Shown: positions 44,131-56,017 of the stretch, in pieces
How positions within the stretch are numbered: the stretch's first letter is position 1
How the letters are laid out: every line of letters starts with the position of its first letter
Origin: Candidatus Dormiibacterota bacterium
GTDB lineage: Bacteria > Chloroflexota > Dormibacteria > Aeolococcales > Aeolococcaceae
DNA: 64,000 bases
Reading direction: 5' to 3'
NCBI GenBank assembly: GCA_036844485.1
Contig: DAIUFS010000003.1
Location: 11,191 to 75,190, forward strand
Position numbers and translations under genes: made by a program
The notes under the pieces: generated by a model
What the model saw: only the letters and a program-made list of their open reading frames with translations
Told to the model about the DNA's origin: nothing
The model's database searches: none

Positions 44131-44844
44131 TCAACTCTCCCCCGCCATCATGGCGTGCTGCGCCGCAGTTGCTGCACCACCGCCGCTCGCTGCAAGGACC
44201 TGCGCGGGTATGACCGCGTAGGACGCATCGACTGCCGTCACCTCGAGCCCCGCGCCGCCAAGGAGGACATGAAGCCGAGGGCCGATCCCCGGATCATTTC
44301 CACGGGCGCGCTGGAAGGCGGCGTAGCGCCGAAATATCTCAAAGGCACCGGCTTCGTCGGGCTCGAGCCGCGCAGCCCCTAGGTCGGTGTCGACGAGATA
44401 CACATGACCGCCGGGGCGGACAAGAGCAGCAGCGTGCGCGACGAGGTCCGACGCCTGCGCGCCCACGTGGAACAGGACGTGGCGAATCATCACCGCATCC
44501 CACGCGCCCTCCTCCAGACCGCTCGCAGTCCCGGTCCCTTCGACGACCCGCGCGTTGGTCAGACCGGCGACGGCGATGGCTTGGGCCGCCGCGGCACGGG
44601 CTGTCGGCTCAGGCTCGACACCCACACCCTCGCCGCCCTCGCCGGCGATGCGTGCCAGCTCGACCAGCATCGCGCCGGGGCCGCATCCCATGTCGACGAC
44701 TCGGGCGCCGGGGACGATGCCGGCTTCGCGCATGAGGTCCCCCTCATCACGCTCCATCGCCCGCTCGGCCATGCGCCGGAAGCGCCCCTTCTCCTGCTCG
44801 GAGAGCTGCAATGCGTAGCCGGCCGGTTCCTGCCTCGCTGCCAT
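44131..44844 (-). CDS. Class I SAM-dependent methyltransferase (3' end apparently frameshifted)
   Basis: 237 aa. Motif I VVDMGCGPGAM and post-I and later motifs (WDAVMIRHVLFHV, RPGGHVYLVD). A plausible C-terminal continuation runs in another frame down to 44021; see the finding. Confidence 0.8.
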   Translation of the reverse strand: MAARQEPAGYALQLSEQEKGRFRRMAERAMERDEGDLMREAGIVPGARVVDMGCGPGAMLVELARIAGEGGEGVGVEPEPTARAAAAQAIAVAGLTNARVVEGTGTASGLEEGAWDAVMIRHVLFHVGAQASDLVAHAAALVRPGGHVYLVDTDLGAARLEPDEAGAFEIFRRYAAFQRARGNDPGIGPRLHVLLGGAGLEVTAVDASYAVIPAQVLAASGGGAATAAQHAMMAGES

Positions 44845-44969
44845 GGCTCTGGCCTCCTGCGCTGCCGAAGATCACCGGGGCGACAGTAGGCTTGTTGTCT
44901 GCCCCTTGCGTTGTTGGATCGACCCCTGCCATGATCGCGCCTGAACCAACAAGGTCTGGGGGGCCAACC

Positions 44970-45632
44970 ATGAAGCTGCGTAAGCTTGTCCTATTTGTTT
45001 CGCTGGCTGCGGCGCTAGGCATTGCTTCGACACCAACGATCGCCAGCGCGTCGGTCAACTTGCCCTGGCAGACCGGGATGCGAGCGGTCAGCAACGGCGC
45101 CACCATCGAACCGGCAGTGAACGACACGAACGGATCGCAGACGTTCCTGATCACGCCCAACAACTCGCCGTTCTACGACGGCAGCGCGAATCCGACCGCG
45201 CCGGTCCCGGCGCCCTTCAACAGGGTGAGCGCGCCGCTTTACCTTGTGACCTATCCTCTGGCCTCCACCGTCGACACCGCTGGGGCCCCGCCGCTCAACT
45301 GCTACACGGAGGGGTTCTTTACACCAGGCCTTCCGTACAACTGCAACCATGCCCAGATTCCCGGCATGAAGGGCCACGACCACTTGGTGGGAGTACCGGG
45401 AAGTCAGAAGGCGGGCGGTGACTACAACGTCCAATGGCACGTGTGGGCCACCTTTTTCACCCCTCAAGGCGTGAGTGATCTGGCGATGAACACGCGGATC
45501 CTCACCCTGGCTCAGTTGACAGCCGCTCAGGCTATCGGTGACGTGACGCCCTTCGTGGACACGCACATCTACTTTGACTGCTCGGCCGTGTCGGGTGCCG
45601 TGTACAGGAGCGCCACGCCTCTGAACTTCTAG
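44970..45632 (+). CDS. Secreted hypothetical protein
   Basis: ORF 44811..45632 trimmed to ATG 44970. Signal peptide MKLRKLVLFVSLAAALGIASTPTIASA. No family recognised. Noticeably more A/T-ending codons than neighbouring genes. Confidence 0.6.
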   Translation: MKLRKLVLFVSLAAALGIASTPTIASASVNLPWQTGMRAVSNGATIEPAVNDTNGSQTFLITPNNSPFYDGSANPTAPVPAPFNRVSAPLYLVTYPLASTVDTAGAPPLNCYTEGFFTPGLPYNCNHAQIPGMKGHDHLVGVPGSQKAGGDYNVQWHVWATFFTPQGVSDLAMNTRILTLAQLTAAQAIGDVTPFVDTHIYFDCSAVSGAVYRSATPLNF

Positions 45633-45745
45633 CAGGCGCTTGATTTTCGATCCTTGCTGGGCCACCCTGCACATCGCGGGGGCCCGGTGGTGATCAACAG
45701 GCTCGAGCGCAGTGAGCAGTACCCGGCGACCGGCCGCCGGGTACT

Positions 45746-46810
45746 GTGAGCGCCATGTCGCGGTACCGCTGGGCTCTTACCGCGGTGGCCGGGGTGGCGG
45801 CAGTCGCCGTGCTGCTCACCGTGCTCGTCCGCAACACCCCGCCGACCGCCGCCACCGGCACCGGCAGCGTCGCGCTCATCCCCGTCGATCAGCGCATGCC
45901 CGCGCCGGAGTTCACCGGCCTCGACGGCTGGCTGAACAGCCCGCCGCTGACGGTGAGCCGCCTGCACGGCAAGGTGGTGCTCGTCGACTTCTGGACCTTC
46001 TCCTGCGTCAACTGCGTGCGCACCTTCCCCCACCTCCAGCACCTCGAGCAGACGTACAGCACTCGCGGGCTGGTCATCGTGGGAGTCCACTCGCCGGAGT
46101 TCGACTTCGAGAAGGTGCCGGCCAACGTCGCCGCCGCTGTGCGTCGCGACGGGGTCAGCTGGCCCGTTGCGATCGACTCGGAGATGAACACCTGGAACGC
46201 CTACGCCAACCAGTACTGGCCGGCCGAGTACCTCCTCGACCAATCGGGCCGGGTCGCCTACATCCACGACGGCGAGGGCGACTACGACGTCACCGAATCG
46301 GCGATCGCGTCGCTGCTCGGCACCCACGCGTCGCCGACGCCTGTCGCGGCCACCCCCGACCTCAGCGCGGAGACGCCCGAGCTGTACGCGGGCAGCGACG
46401 GCGGCCGCGGTGTGCTCGGTAACGGGGAGAGCTACGGCTCCATTGGAATGGCGGTCAACTACGGCAACCCGGACACGACCACCGACGCCGACCGCGTCGT
46501 GCTCGGTGGGACCTGGGCGGACGAGGGGCAATATGTGGTGTCGCGAACGGCCGGCCACGTCTTGCTCAATTTCTCAGCGCGGGACGTCTACGTGGTTGCG
46601 GGCCCGGACTCTGGCTCGGTCCATGCCACGGTCACGGTCGACGGTAACTCCGTCGGCGCGACGCAGCGGGGCCCGGATCTCGGTCCGTCGGGCCTCGAGG
46701 TCACCAGCCAGCAGCTCTACCACGTGCTCACGGCCGAAGGCGGCGACCGCCGCCTCGTCGACCTCACCGTCCCGGCCGGCTTCCGCCTCTACACCTTCAC
46801 CTTCGGCTGA
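45746..46810 (+). CDS. Membrane-anchored thioredoxin-like (TlpA/ResA/DipZ-type) protein with extra C-terminal domain
   Basis: 354 aa. N-terminal TM helix, then the redoxin core [23 protein letters not shown] (CxxC) ... [12 protein letters not shown] ... YWPAEYLLD, then a domain of about 150 aa as in the DipZ C-terminus. An alternative ATG lies at 45755. Confidence 0.75.
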   Translation: MSAMSRYRWALTAVAGVAAVAVLLTVLVRNTPPTAATGTGSVALIPVDQRMPAPEFTGLDGWLNSPPLTVSRLHGKVVLVDFWTFSCVNCVRTFPHLQHLEQTYSTRGLVIVGVHSPEFDFEKVPANVAAAVRRDGVSWPVAIDSEMNTWNAYANQYWPAEYLLDQSGRVAYIHDGEGDYDVTESAIASLLGTHASPTPVAATPDLSAETPELYAGSDGGRGVLGNGESYGSIGMAVNYGNPDTTTDADRVVLGGTWADEGQYVVSRTAGHVLLNFSARDVYVVAGPDSGSVHATVTVDGNSVGATQRGPDLGPSGLEVTSQQLYHVLTAEGGDRRLVDLTVPAGFRLYTFTFG

Positions 46811-46811
46811 C

Positions 46812-47543
46812 GTGATCAGCATCGCCTCGGTGGTGGCGACCTTCGTCGCCGGGCTCGCCTCCTTCCTGGCCCCCTGCTCCGTGCCGCTGCTGCCCGCCTA
46901 CCTCTCGGCGGTGAGCGGGGCCGCCGCCGCCGACCTCGCCGACACGCGACGGCGGCGCGACGCCCGCGGCCGCCTGGTGGCCGGGGCGATCCTCTACGTC
47001 GCCGGCTTCAGCACCGTCTTCATCCTGCTCGGGATCGGGGCGGCGGGCATCGGCCACTCAGTCCGCCAGGTGGAGCGTGGGGTGGAGATCGCCGGCGGCA
47101 TCCTGCTCGTGCTCTTCGGCCTGCTCATCGCCGGGGTGCTCCGCCCGCCGATCCTGGAGCGCGTCCGAGGCATGGGTCTGCCCGAGCGACTGCGCGGCCG
47201 CGGCGTCGCCGGCGCCTACCTGGTCGGAGTCGTCTTCGGGATCGGCTGGACTCCCTGCGTGGGCCCGTACCTGAGCGTCGCGTTCGTGCTCGCCGCCAGC
47301 AGCGCCCACCTCGCTGCCGGCGCGCTGCTCCTCGCCGCCTACTCCATCGGCCTGGGACTGCCCTTCGTGCTCATCGCCCTGCTCTGGGCGTCACTGCCGT
47401 CGCTACCGGGACGGGTGGCCCGGCTGGCCGGCCCGATGACCCGGGTCGGCGGGGTGCTGACAGTCGCCCTCGGACTGCTGCTCCTGAGCGGCTGGTACAC
47501 CCACCTCACCTCGTACCTGGCGCAGATCTCCACGCCCAGCTAG
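46812..47543 (+). CDS. ccdA: Cytochrome c biogenesis / thiol-disulfide transporter CcdA (DsbD family)
   Basis: ORF 46410..47543 trimmed to GTG 46812, 1 nt after the upstream stop. Conserved membrane Cys motifs [14 protein letters not shown] and [10 protein letters not shown]. Confidence 0.85.
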   Translation: MISIASVVATFVAGLASFLAPCSVPLLPAYLSAVSGAAAADLADTRRRRDARGRLVAGAILYVAGFSTVFILLGIGAAGIGHSVRQVERGVEIAGGILLVLFGLLIAGVLRPPILERVRGMGLPERLRGRGVAGAYLVGVVFGIGWTPCVGPYLSVAFVLAASSAHLAAGALLLAAYSIGLGLPFVLIALLWASLPSLPGRVARLAGPMTRVGGVLTVALGLLLLSGWYTHLTSYLAQISTPS

Positions 47544-47594
47544 ACCCAACGCCGTCCGGCGGCACGCGAGGCGTGCCGAAGAGTGGGGTGTGCG

Positions 47595-47643
47595 GGGTCG
47601 AATTCATTTCGACCCTGCGAGGGGCGAGAACCTGTCTCGCCCC
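47595..47643 (+). other. Two adjacent perfect stem-loops between ccdA and acn
   Basis: GGGTCGAA-ttcat-TTCGACCC (47595-47615) and GGGGCGAGA-acctg-TCTCGCCCC (47621-47643). No U-tract follows. They could be terminators or acn leader structures. Confidence 0.4.
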
Positions 47644-47708
47644 TGTCAAAAGCCCCGAGTGGGATGATCGACAGCCATGCCGACACCCATCTCCAGCCGC
47701 GCCCGAGC

Positions 47709-50495
<2,787 letters not shown>

Positions 50496-50536
50496 TCGGG
50501 CGGTCTGCGGCTGATCCGCTCCTGACCCGCCGCCTT

Positions 50537-50558
50537 CGGCTGGAGATGCCTCCAGCCG
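50537..50558 (+). terminator. Stem-loop downstream of acn
   Basis: CGGCTGGAG-atgc-CTCCAGCCG, a 9-bp stem about 40 nt after the stop. No U-tract. Confidence 0.35.
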
Positions 50559-50614
50559 GTCTGGTACGTTCGCCTCGTTACCTGCCGCCCCCAGGGGAGG
50601 ACAATCAGCTTCAC

Positions 50615-51067
50615 ATGAAGCGTCCGCCGGTCGCCTCGTTGCTTCTCCTCATCGGAGGCGTTCTCCTCGGCGTCGGCATCCCGCTGCCGTGGTCGACGGT
50701 GGCCACCGTCGACGGCAGCGCCAGTGCCTCGCTGCGCGGCATCGATTACGCGAGCTACGACGTCGCCACCACCGCGATCCTCGGCCTGCTCCTCATCGCC
50801 TGCGCATTCGCCGTCGCGTCCGGCTGGCGCTGGGCGCACCTCATCGCTCTCATCTCCGCCCTGCTGGCCTGCTTCTGGGCGGCCCTGGTCCTGGCGGCGG
50901 CGGCCAATCCGGCGGCGGCCACCAGCCCGCTCGTCAACGTCACCATCGGCTCCGGCGCGTACGTTCTCGCCGCCGGCGCGCTCCTGGCTCTGATCGGTTC
51001 TGTGATGAGTTTCCGCGGCCGCAACGTCGCCGCCGTCGCCTCGGCGGCGCCGTCCGGCGTGTCGTAG
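50615..51067 (+). CDS. Small integral membrane protein (about 4 TM helices), function unknown
   Basis: Only the last 150 codons of ORF 48875..51067 are credible. ATG 50615 lies downstream of GGGGAGG. MKRPPVASLLLLIGGVLLGVGIPLPW... contains four hydrophobic spans. Confidence 0.6.
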   Translation: MKRPPVASLLLLIGGVLLGVGIPLPWSTVATVDGSASASLRGIDYASYDVATTAILGLLLIACAFAVASGWRWAHLIALISALLACFWAALVLAAAANPAAATSPLVNVTIGSGAYVLAAGALLALIGSVMSFRGRNVAAVASAAPSGVS

Positions 51068-51103
51068 GGGGCGGACCCCGCCCGGGAGGGGCTAGGCTGT
51101 GGT

Positions 51104-51127
51104 CCGGCGACAGGGAGCTGTCGCCGG
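51104..51127 (+). terminator. Stem-loop between the membrane-protein gene and recJ
   Basis: CCGGCGACAG-ggag-CTGTCGCCGG, a 10-bp perfect stem. No U-tract. Confidence 0.35.
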
Positions 51128-51175
51128 CCACGGTCAACCTCAGTCCATCCCTCCCGCCGCTGTCGAGGAACGCCG

Positions 51176-52924
51176 ATGAAGCCCGCCCCTCGCCGCTGGC
51201 AGATCTCGGATGCCGCCCCCCTCACCGGCCATCCGGCGCTGCTCGGCAAGATCCTGGCCGCACGCGGCCACGACGCCGGCAGCGCCACCGCCTTCCTAGA
51301 CTCCGCCGCCGCCTTCCACGATCCCAGCGGGCTGCGCGGCATGGACGCCGCCGTCGCCGTCCTCCGCGCCGCCATCGCTGAGAGCCGGCGCATCGCCGTC
51401 TACGGCGACTACGACGCCGACGGGGTCACCGCCTGCGCGCTGCTGAGCCGGGCACTGCGCAGCGCCGGCGTCGACACCGTCCCCTACATCCCCAACCGCA
51501 TGAGCGAGGGCTACGGGCTCCATGGCGCCGCTCTCACCGAGCTGCACGCGCAGGGGGTGGGCTGCGTCATCACCGTCGATTGCGGTACCAGCAGCGTCGA
51601 GGTGGCGGCCGCACGGCCCGCCGGGATGCGCCTGGTGGTCACCGACCACCATCTCCCCCTGGCGCCGGACGGCACGCCCCCCGCGCTGGCGCCGGCCGAC
51701 GCGCTCATCAACCCCAAGCAGCCGGGCTGCGAGTACGCCTTCGACGGGCTGGCCGGCGCGGGCGTGGCCTGGAAGCTGCTTGCCGCCCTCGAGGCGGCCG
51801 GGCTCGTCCCCAGCGGCAGCGCCGACGACGGCCTGGCCCTGGCGGCGCTCGGCACCGTCGCCGACATGATGCCGCTGCGCGGCGAGAACCGCCTCATCGT
51901 GCAGCGCGGCCTGCCCAAGCTTCGCGACCACCCCGGCATCCGCGCCCTCTGCGGTGCGGCAGGGCTGCAGTCCGATCTGCGCGCCAGTGACGTCGGCTTC
52001 GGCATCGGCCCCCGGATCAACGCCGCCGGACGCATGGAGGACGCCAGGCTGGCCCTCGACCTCTGCCTCTGCGAGGACGAGGGCGAGGCGGTCGCGCTGG
52101 CGGGCCGGCTGGACTCGCAGAACCGCGACCGCCAGGCCGCCGTCGCCATCGCGCTCGCCGAGGCGGAGGAGATGGTCGCCGCTCTGCCCGAGGACGCCCC
52201 CGCCATCGTGCTGGGCAGCCCCTCGTGGCCGATGGGCATCGTCGGGCTGGTCGCCGGCCGCCTCTGCGAGCGCTACGCGCGGCCCAGCTTCATCGTCTGC
52301 CTCGATCCCGCCGAGGCCAAGGGATCGGGTCGGTCGATCGCCGGCGTGCACATCGTCGAGGCCCTCGACGCCGCCGCCTCCACCCTGCTCCGCTACGGCG
52401 GCCACCGGGTCGCCGCCGGGTTCAGCCTGGAGGCGGCCCGCTTCGAGGACTTCGCCGCGGCGGTGAGCGCGGCGGTGGCGGCGCAGCTCGGCGGGGCGGA
52501 GCGCCAGCGGGTTGTGGCCATCGACGGCGAGATCACAGCCGCGGACTGCGTCCCCGCCACCTGCGACGTCCTCGACCTCCTGGAACCCTGCGGGCAGGGC
52601 AACGCCGCTCCGGTGCTGGCGTTGCGCGACTGCGCGGTGCTGTCCACCACCACCTTCGGGGCGTCGTCGCAGCACCTCCGCGTCGCCCTCGCCGACTCTG
52701 CCGGCATCATCGAGGCCATCGCCTTCTTCAAACCCAACCTCGCCGACCATCTGCCCCGCGGCCGCCGAGTAGACGTGTGCGTGGCTCTGGAGCGCGATGA
52801 GTGGCAGGGCCAGGTGCGCGTCCGCGCCCGCCTGCGCGACATCCGCCCGGCGCGCGCTGAGCCCGTCGTGGAGCTGACGGGAACCCCGGTCACACCCGTG
52901 ACCGCAGCCCGCCCGCAGATCTAA
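51176..52924 (+). CDS. recJ: Single-stranded-DNA-specific exonuclease RecJ
   Basis: 582 aa. DHH motifs IAVYGDYDADGVTACALL, VITVDCG, VVTDHH and GTVADMMPL, and the DHHA1 motif GGHRVAAGFS. Confidence 0.9.
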   Translation: MKPAPRRWQISDAAPLTGHPALLGKILAARGHDAGSATAFLDSAAAFHDPSGLRGMDAAVAVLRAAIAESRRIAVYGDYDADGVTACALLSRALRSAGVDTVPYIPNRMSEGYGLHGAALTELHAQGVGCVITVDCGTSSVEVAAARPAGMRLVVTDHHLPLAPDGTPPALAPADALINPKQPGCEYAFDGLAGAGVAWKLLAALEAAGLVPSGSADDGLALAALGTVADMMPLRGENRLIVQRGLPKLRDHPGIRALCGAAGLQSDLRASDVGFGIGPRINAAGRMEDARLALDLCLCEDEGEAVALAGRLDSQNRDRQAAVAIALAEAEEMVAALPEDAPAIVLGSPSWPMGIVGLVAGRLCERYARPSFIVCLDPAEAKGSGRSIAGVHIVEALDAAASTLLRYGGHRVAAGFSLEAARFEDFAAAVSAAVAAQLGGAERQRVVAIDGEITAADCVPATCDVLDLLEPCGQGNAAPVLALRDCAVLSTTTFGASSQHLRVALADSAGIIEAIAFFKPNLADHLPRGRRVDVCVALERDEWQGQVRVRARLRDIRPARAEPVVELTGTPVTPVTAARPQI

Positions 52925-53103
52925 GTGCGACCCCAGTCACACTCGTGATCGACGGCCGCCCGCACATCTGACCCGGTTCCTTTACACCCGTCCGGGCAGG
53001 TGCTAGCGTCGGCTCAACGACCACCGGCGGCAACGCCGGGGCGCTGTTCCACCCCACATCTCCGCGGCGCCCACCTGGCCGGGTCGAGCAGGGAGATCCA
53101 GCA

Positions 53104-54549
53104 GTGCCCGAGAGGACATCGATCCCCCGCATGGTGGTGGCAGGGGTGGGGTCCGGCGCGGGCAAGACCACGGTCGCGCTCGGCCTGGTGGGAGCGCTGC
53201 GCCGCCGCGGCCGCACCGTCCAGACCTTCAAGGCGGGGCCCGACTTCGTCGACTGCGCCTATCTCGCCCACGCCAGCCGGCGGCCCTGTCGCAACCTCGA
53301 TTCCTGGATGCTCGGCCACCAGGGGGTGGTGCACTCCTTCGCCCATGGAGTCCAGGACGCGGACTGCGCTGTCGTCGAGGGCAGCATGGGCATCTTCGAC
53401 GGCCACGGCGGCGTCCCCGAGGCCGGGGCGGCCGGAGCCGCCAGGTTCCCCGGCAGCACCGCCGAGCTGGCCACACTGATCGGATCTCCGGTGGTCCTGG
53501 TCGCCGATGTCAGCGACAGCGCGGAGACCGCGGCGGCGGTGGCGCTGGGGGTCCGGCAGCTCGACCCCACCCTCGACCTCATCGGCGTGATCCTCACCAA
53601 ATGTCCCAGCGACTACCGCCGCCGCGTCGTCGAGGACGCCATCTGGAGCTGGGCGACGCTGCCGGTGCTCGGCGCGTTGCCCCGCATGGAGCACGTGCAG
53701 ATCCCCGAGGTGCGCAACGGCCTGCTGCCGCTGACCGAGAACCCCCATGTCGATCCCGCGCTGGCCGAGCTGGCCACAGCTGTCGAGCGGCACTGCGACG
53801 TCGGTCTCATCGAACGCCTGATGAGCCGGGCCACGCCGGTGCAGTCGTCCAACGGCCATTCCCGGGCCGTGTCCCAGCCCTCCCCGGTACGCGTCGGGGT
53901 CGCCTTCGACGATGCCTTCTGCTTCTACTACGCCGAGAACCTCGAGCTTCTCGAGGCGGCGGGAGCGCAGGTGGTCACGTTCTCGCCGCTCGAGGACAGG
54001 GTGCTCCCTCGCGACGTCGACGCCATCTACATGGGCGGCGGCGTGTCCGAGATGTTCGTGCCACGTCTGGCAGCAAATCACTCGTTCATCGACTCCCTGC
54101 GTCGCGCCCACGCCCACCGCGTGCCCATCTACGCGGAGTGCGGCGGGCTGCTCTACTGTGCCCGCACGCTGCACACCAGCGACGGCAACGTGCACTCGAT
54201 GGCGTCGCTTCTGCCCCTCGACGTCACCCTCGAGGCCGGCCTCTGCCACACCGGCTATCGCGACCTGCGCCTCGCCAGCGACGGCATCCTCGGCGACGCC
54301 GGCACCGCGCTGCGCGGCCACGAGTTCCACTTCGCGCGGCTGCTGTCGGGAGCGCAGGCGGGCACACACGCCTACTCGGTGCACGACGTCGAGGGCGAGC
54401 CGCTGGGTCTGGAGGGATGGAGCACACCGACCCTGCTCGCCTCCTTCGTGCACCTCCACTTCGGCCAGGACCCGCGGCTCGCCGAGCGCTTCGTCGACGC
54501 TGCGCGGGGCGGCCTGCGCCGCCGTCAGCTGCAGGCCGCCGAGGCGTAG
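53104..54549 (+). CDS. cobB: Cobyrinate/hydrogenobyrinate a,c-diamide synthase
   Basis: 481 aa. P-loop VVAGVGSGAGKTTVALGL, KAGPDFVD, and the glutamine amidotransferase part VAFDDAFCFYY...IYAECGGLLY...GHEFH. An alternative ATG lies at 53131. Confidence 0.85.
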   Translation: MPERTSIPRMVVAGVGSGAGKTTVALGLVGALRRRGRTVQTFKAGPDFVDCAYLAHASRRPCRNLDSWMLGHQGVVHSFAHGVQDADCAVVEGSMGIFDGHGGVPEAGAAGAARFPGSTAELATLIGSPVVLVADVSDSAETAAAVALGVRQLDPTLDLIGVILTKCPSDYRRRVVEDAIWSWATLPVLGALPRMEHVQIPEVRNGLLPLTENPHVDPALAELATAVERHCDVGLIERLMSRATPVQSSNGHSRAVSQPSPVRVGVAFDDAFCFYYAENLELLEAAGAQVVTFSPLEDRVLPRDVDAIYMGGGVSEMFVPRLAANHSFIDSLRRAHAHRVPIYAECGGLLYCARTLHTSDGNVHSMASLLPLDVTLEAGLCHTGYRDLRLASDGILGDAGTALRGHEFHFARLLSGAQAGTHAYSVHDVEGEPLGLEGWSTPTLLASFVHLHFGQDPRLAERFVDAARGGLRRRQLQAAEA

Positions 54550-54613
54550 CCTGACGCCCAGCCGACAGCCCCAGCCCGCGGTTGTCCTGACGGCCCGATG
54601 TAAGGTGAGCGCC

Positions 54614-56017
54614 ATGCTCGAATCCCGGCCGTCCACCATCGCCGAGCTGCGCCGCACCGAGTACCGGGTGCTGCCGGTGCGCGCCGAGCTGCGCCGCAAT
54701 CTGATCCGCCGCCTCGCCGCCGGGGACGCGCTCTTCAGCGGCATCCTCGGCTATGAGGAGTCGGTCATCCCCCAGCTGGAGAACGCGCTCCTCGCCGGCC
54801 AGGACCTCATCCTCCTCGGCGAGCGCGGCCAGGCCAAGTCCCGGCTGCTGCGAGGGCTGACCGCCCTGCTCGACGACGCCATCCCGGCGATCGCCGGCTG
54901 CGAGATCAACGACGACCCCTACCACCCCCTCTGCCGGCGCTGCCGCGACCTGGTCGCCGCCAGTGGCGACGAGACCGAGGTCGCCTGGCTCACCCCGGAG
55001 ATGCGCTACAGCGAGAAGCTGGCCACCCCGGACACCTCGATCGCCGACCTCATCGGCGAGGTCGATCCCATCCGGGTCGCCGAGGGGCGCTACCTCAGCG
55101 ACGAGCTGACCATCCACTACGGGCTCATCCCCCGCACCCACCGCGGCATCTTCGCGATCAACGAGCTCCCCGACCTCGCCGAGCGCATCCAGGTGGGCCT
55201 GCTCAACATCATCGAGGAGCGCGACGTGCAGATCCGCGGCTACCGGCTGCGCCTGCCACTCGACGTCTTTGTCGTGGCCACCGCCAACCCCGAGGACTAC
55301 ACCAACCGGGGCCGGATCATCACCCCCCTCAAGGACCGCTTCGGCGCCCAGATCCGCACCCACTATCCGACCAGCGTCGAGCACGAGATCGCCATTGTCG
55401 ATCAGGAGGCGACCACCTTCGACGAGATGCCGGTGCCGGTGCACGTGCCCCACTACATGAAGGAGATCGTCGCGGAGTTCACCCAGCTGGCCCGCCGCCA
55501 TCCCCAGGTCAACCAGCGCAGCGGCGTCTCGGTGCGCATGAGCATCGCCAACCAGGAGAACCTGGCCAGCAACGCGCTCCGCCGCGCCCTGCGCACCGGC
55601 GAGAAGGAGGCGGTGGCGCGCATCAGCGACCTCATCGCCCTGTCGGCGTCGAGTGGCGGCAAGCTCGAGCTCGAGACCCTCGACGAGGGTGACGACAGCG
55701 GCGTCCTCGACAAGATGCTGCATACCGCCTGCAGCAACGTCTTCCGGCGCCACTTCAACACCGGCGAGTTCGCCGAGCTGCTGCAGCGCTTCGACCGTGG
55801 CGGCTTCACAGTCGAGGTCGGCGACTCGCTGCCAGCGACGTCGTACGCCGCCGCGCTGAGCGAGCTGCCCGGCATCGACGCCGCCACCGAGAAGCTCGGC
55901 GAGGCCCCGAGCGCGACCTCTCGCGCCGCCGTGCTCGAGTTCATCCTCGAGGGCCTCCACCGCGGCAAGCGACTCAACAAGACGGAGATGGACGGCACCG
56001 CCGTGTACGGCGGGTGA
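54614..56017 (+). CDS. ChlI/MoxR-like AAA+ ATPase with atypical Walker motifs and a Cys-cluster insertion
   Basis: ORF 53912..56017 trimmed to ATG 54614 (GTG 54605 is also possible). Walker A-like LLGERGQAKS, Walker B-like GIFAINELPD, ATANPEDYTNRGRIITPLKDRFG (sensor-1 / ChlI-like). Insertion GCEINDDPYHPLCRRCRD (C-x10-C-x2-C). Confidence 0.75.
   Translation: MLESRPSTIAELRRTEYRVLPVRAELRRNLIRRLAAGDALFSGILGYEESVIPQLENALLAGQDLILLGERGQAKSRLLRGLTALLDDAIPAIAGCEINDDPYHPLCRRCRDLVAASGDETEVAWLTPEMRYSEKLATPDTSIADLIGEVDPIRVAEGRYLSDELTIHYGLIPRTHRGIFAINELPDLAERIQVGLLNIIEERDVQIRGYRLRLPLDVFVVATANPEDYTNRGRIITPLKDRFGAQIRTHYPTSVEHEIAIVDQEATTFDEMPVPVHVPHYMKEIVAEFTQLARRHPQVNQRSGVSVRMSIANQENLASNALRRALRTGEKEAVARISDLIALSASSGGKLELETLDEGDDSGVLDKMLHTACSNVFRRHFNTGEFAELLQRFDRGGFTVEVGDSLPATSYAAALSELPGIDAATEKLGEAPSATSRAAVLEFILEGLHRGKRLNKTEMDGTAVYGG

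Noticed and set aside
47595-47643. Iron-responsive-element-like hairpins for aconitase autoregulation
   Set aside because: The loop sequences (UUCAU, ACCUG) do not match the CAGUG-type IRE loop and there is no bulged C. I kept them only as unexplained hairpins.
52925-53103. Cobalamin riboswitch upstream of cobB
   Set aside because: I looked on both strands for the conserved core (GGGAA...GGTG..A.TCC...GCCACTG and the B12 box AGxCAGGAxACCTGCC) and found none of these elements.
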